A stretch of 64,000 bases of DNA from an uncultured Acidobacteriota bacterium (GTDB lineage: Bacteria; Acidobacteriota; Thermoanaerobaculia; Multivoradales; UBA5704): NCBI GenBank assembly GCA_963770895.1, contig CAVYRF010000002.1, positions 3,264,001 to 3,328,000 of the forward strand, given 5' to 3'. Positions 63,690 through 64,000 of the stretch are shown piece after piece. Each line of letters opens with the position of its first letter. The stretch's first letter is position 1. A program made the translations under genes and the position numbers. A model generated the notes under the pieces. That model was not told where the DNA came from. It did not search any database and saw nothing but the letters and a program-made list of their open reading frames with translations.

Positions 63690-63884
63690 GACCCCCTCCT
63701 GGCCTGATTGCCGTGCTGGTGTTAGGCTGTGTTACCCGTATGCCTGGCGGGTAACACACAGCCGGAGACAACAGGCGACACGTAACGCCAGCCAAAGACA
63801 TGTAACCTATTATACTACAGCATGATAAGTGCAGAAATGTGCAGGTGTAGTCAGCTAGAGACAAGCGCATAACGTCATGAAACA

Positions 63885-63900
63885 TGACTGAAAATCACGG
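63885..63900 (+). repeat. att site (copy of the tRNA-Phe anticodon arm)
   Basis: TGACTGAAAATCACGG, identical to 35064-35079. Confidence 0.88.
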
Positions 63901-64000
63901 GTCGAGTGGCGCGGGGGAATTTCACCCCCGCGCTCTCACGGAACCGGACGTGAGGCTCTCGCCTCATCCGGCTCTTACGATCCAGCCTCCGGTTGCGCCC
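63901..64000 (-). ncRNA. group II intron 3' end (domains V and VI; rest outside window)
   Basis: Reverse complement gives a 34-nt DV, GAGCCGGATGAGGCGAGAGCCTCACGTCCGGTTC (63974-63941, AGC triad, GAGA loop), and DVI GAGAGCGCGGGGG-TGAAATT-CCCCCGCGCC-A-CTC with a bulged A at -7 and an ...AC 3' end. Confidence 0.92.

Larger units (their letters stand above)
35064..63900. mobile_element. ~28.8-kb integrative genomic island at tRNA-Phe
   Basis: 16-bp direct repeat TGACTGAAAATCACGG at 35064-35079 and 63885-63900. Tyrosine integrase adjacent to the distal copy. Accessory and IS-rich content. Confidence 0.85.

Noticed and set aside
63885-63960. Second tRNA-Phe gene
   Set aside because: Only 16 bp match, with no D-arm or acceptor stem. 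The downstream hairpins are intron domains V and VI.

Overview
High-GC bacterial chromosome window. The ADOP-type permease, Thr-type sulfatase and LxLxxETxxxL leader peptides suggest Acidobacteriota, perhaps Thermoanaerobaculia (inference). Bases 1-35 kb are mostly core genes: a MoxR/DUF58/VWA (Bat) operon, rsmA, ftsK, an S41 protease, tatBC, kdsB-pyrG-kdsA-kdsD-kdsC, BlaI/BlaR1-like, polyprenyl synthase, yajQ, lolA, a frameshifted purH and tusA, plus an orphan Cys-rich RiPP-like precursor. A ~28.8-kb island runs from tRNA-Phe (35036-35111) to a 16-bp copy of its anticodon arm (63885-63900) beside a P4-type integrase. The 3' end of a group II intron abuts that att copy. Island cargo: two toxin-antitoxin modules, a TIR-CHAT fusion, an MTase-helicase gene split by a 4-gene DDE/AAA transposon (itself split by a serine-recombinase element), a precursor + two LanC cyclases with no dehydratase, small secreted Cys-rich proteins and IS debris. 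Top leads: (1) the serine-recombinase element, whose first gene gains its RBS and ATG only in the predicted excised circle; (2) the LanC-LanC locus with a heptad-periodic 10-Cys core and a leader shared with the distant orphan precursor; (3) the group II intron at the tRNA-derived att site; (4) the TIR-CHAT protein. Family names come from motif recognition by eye; no searches were run.
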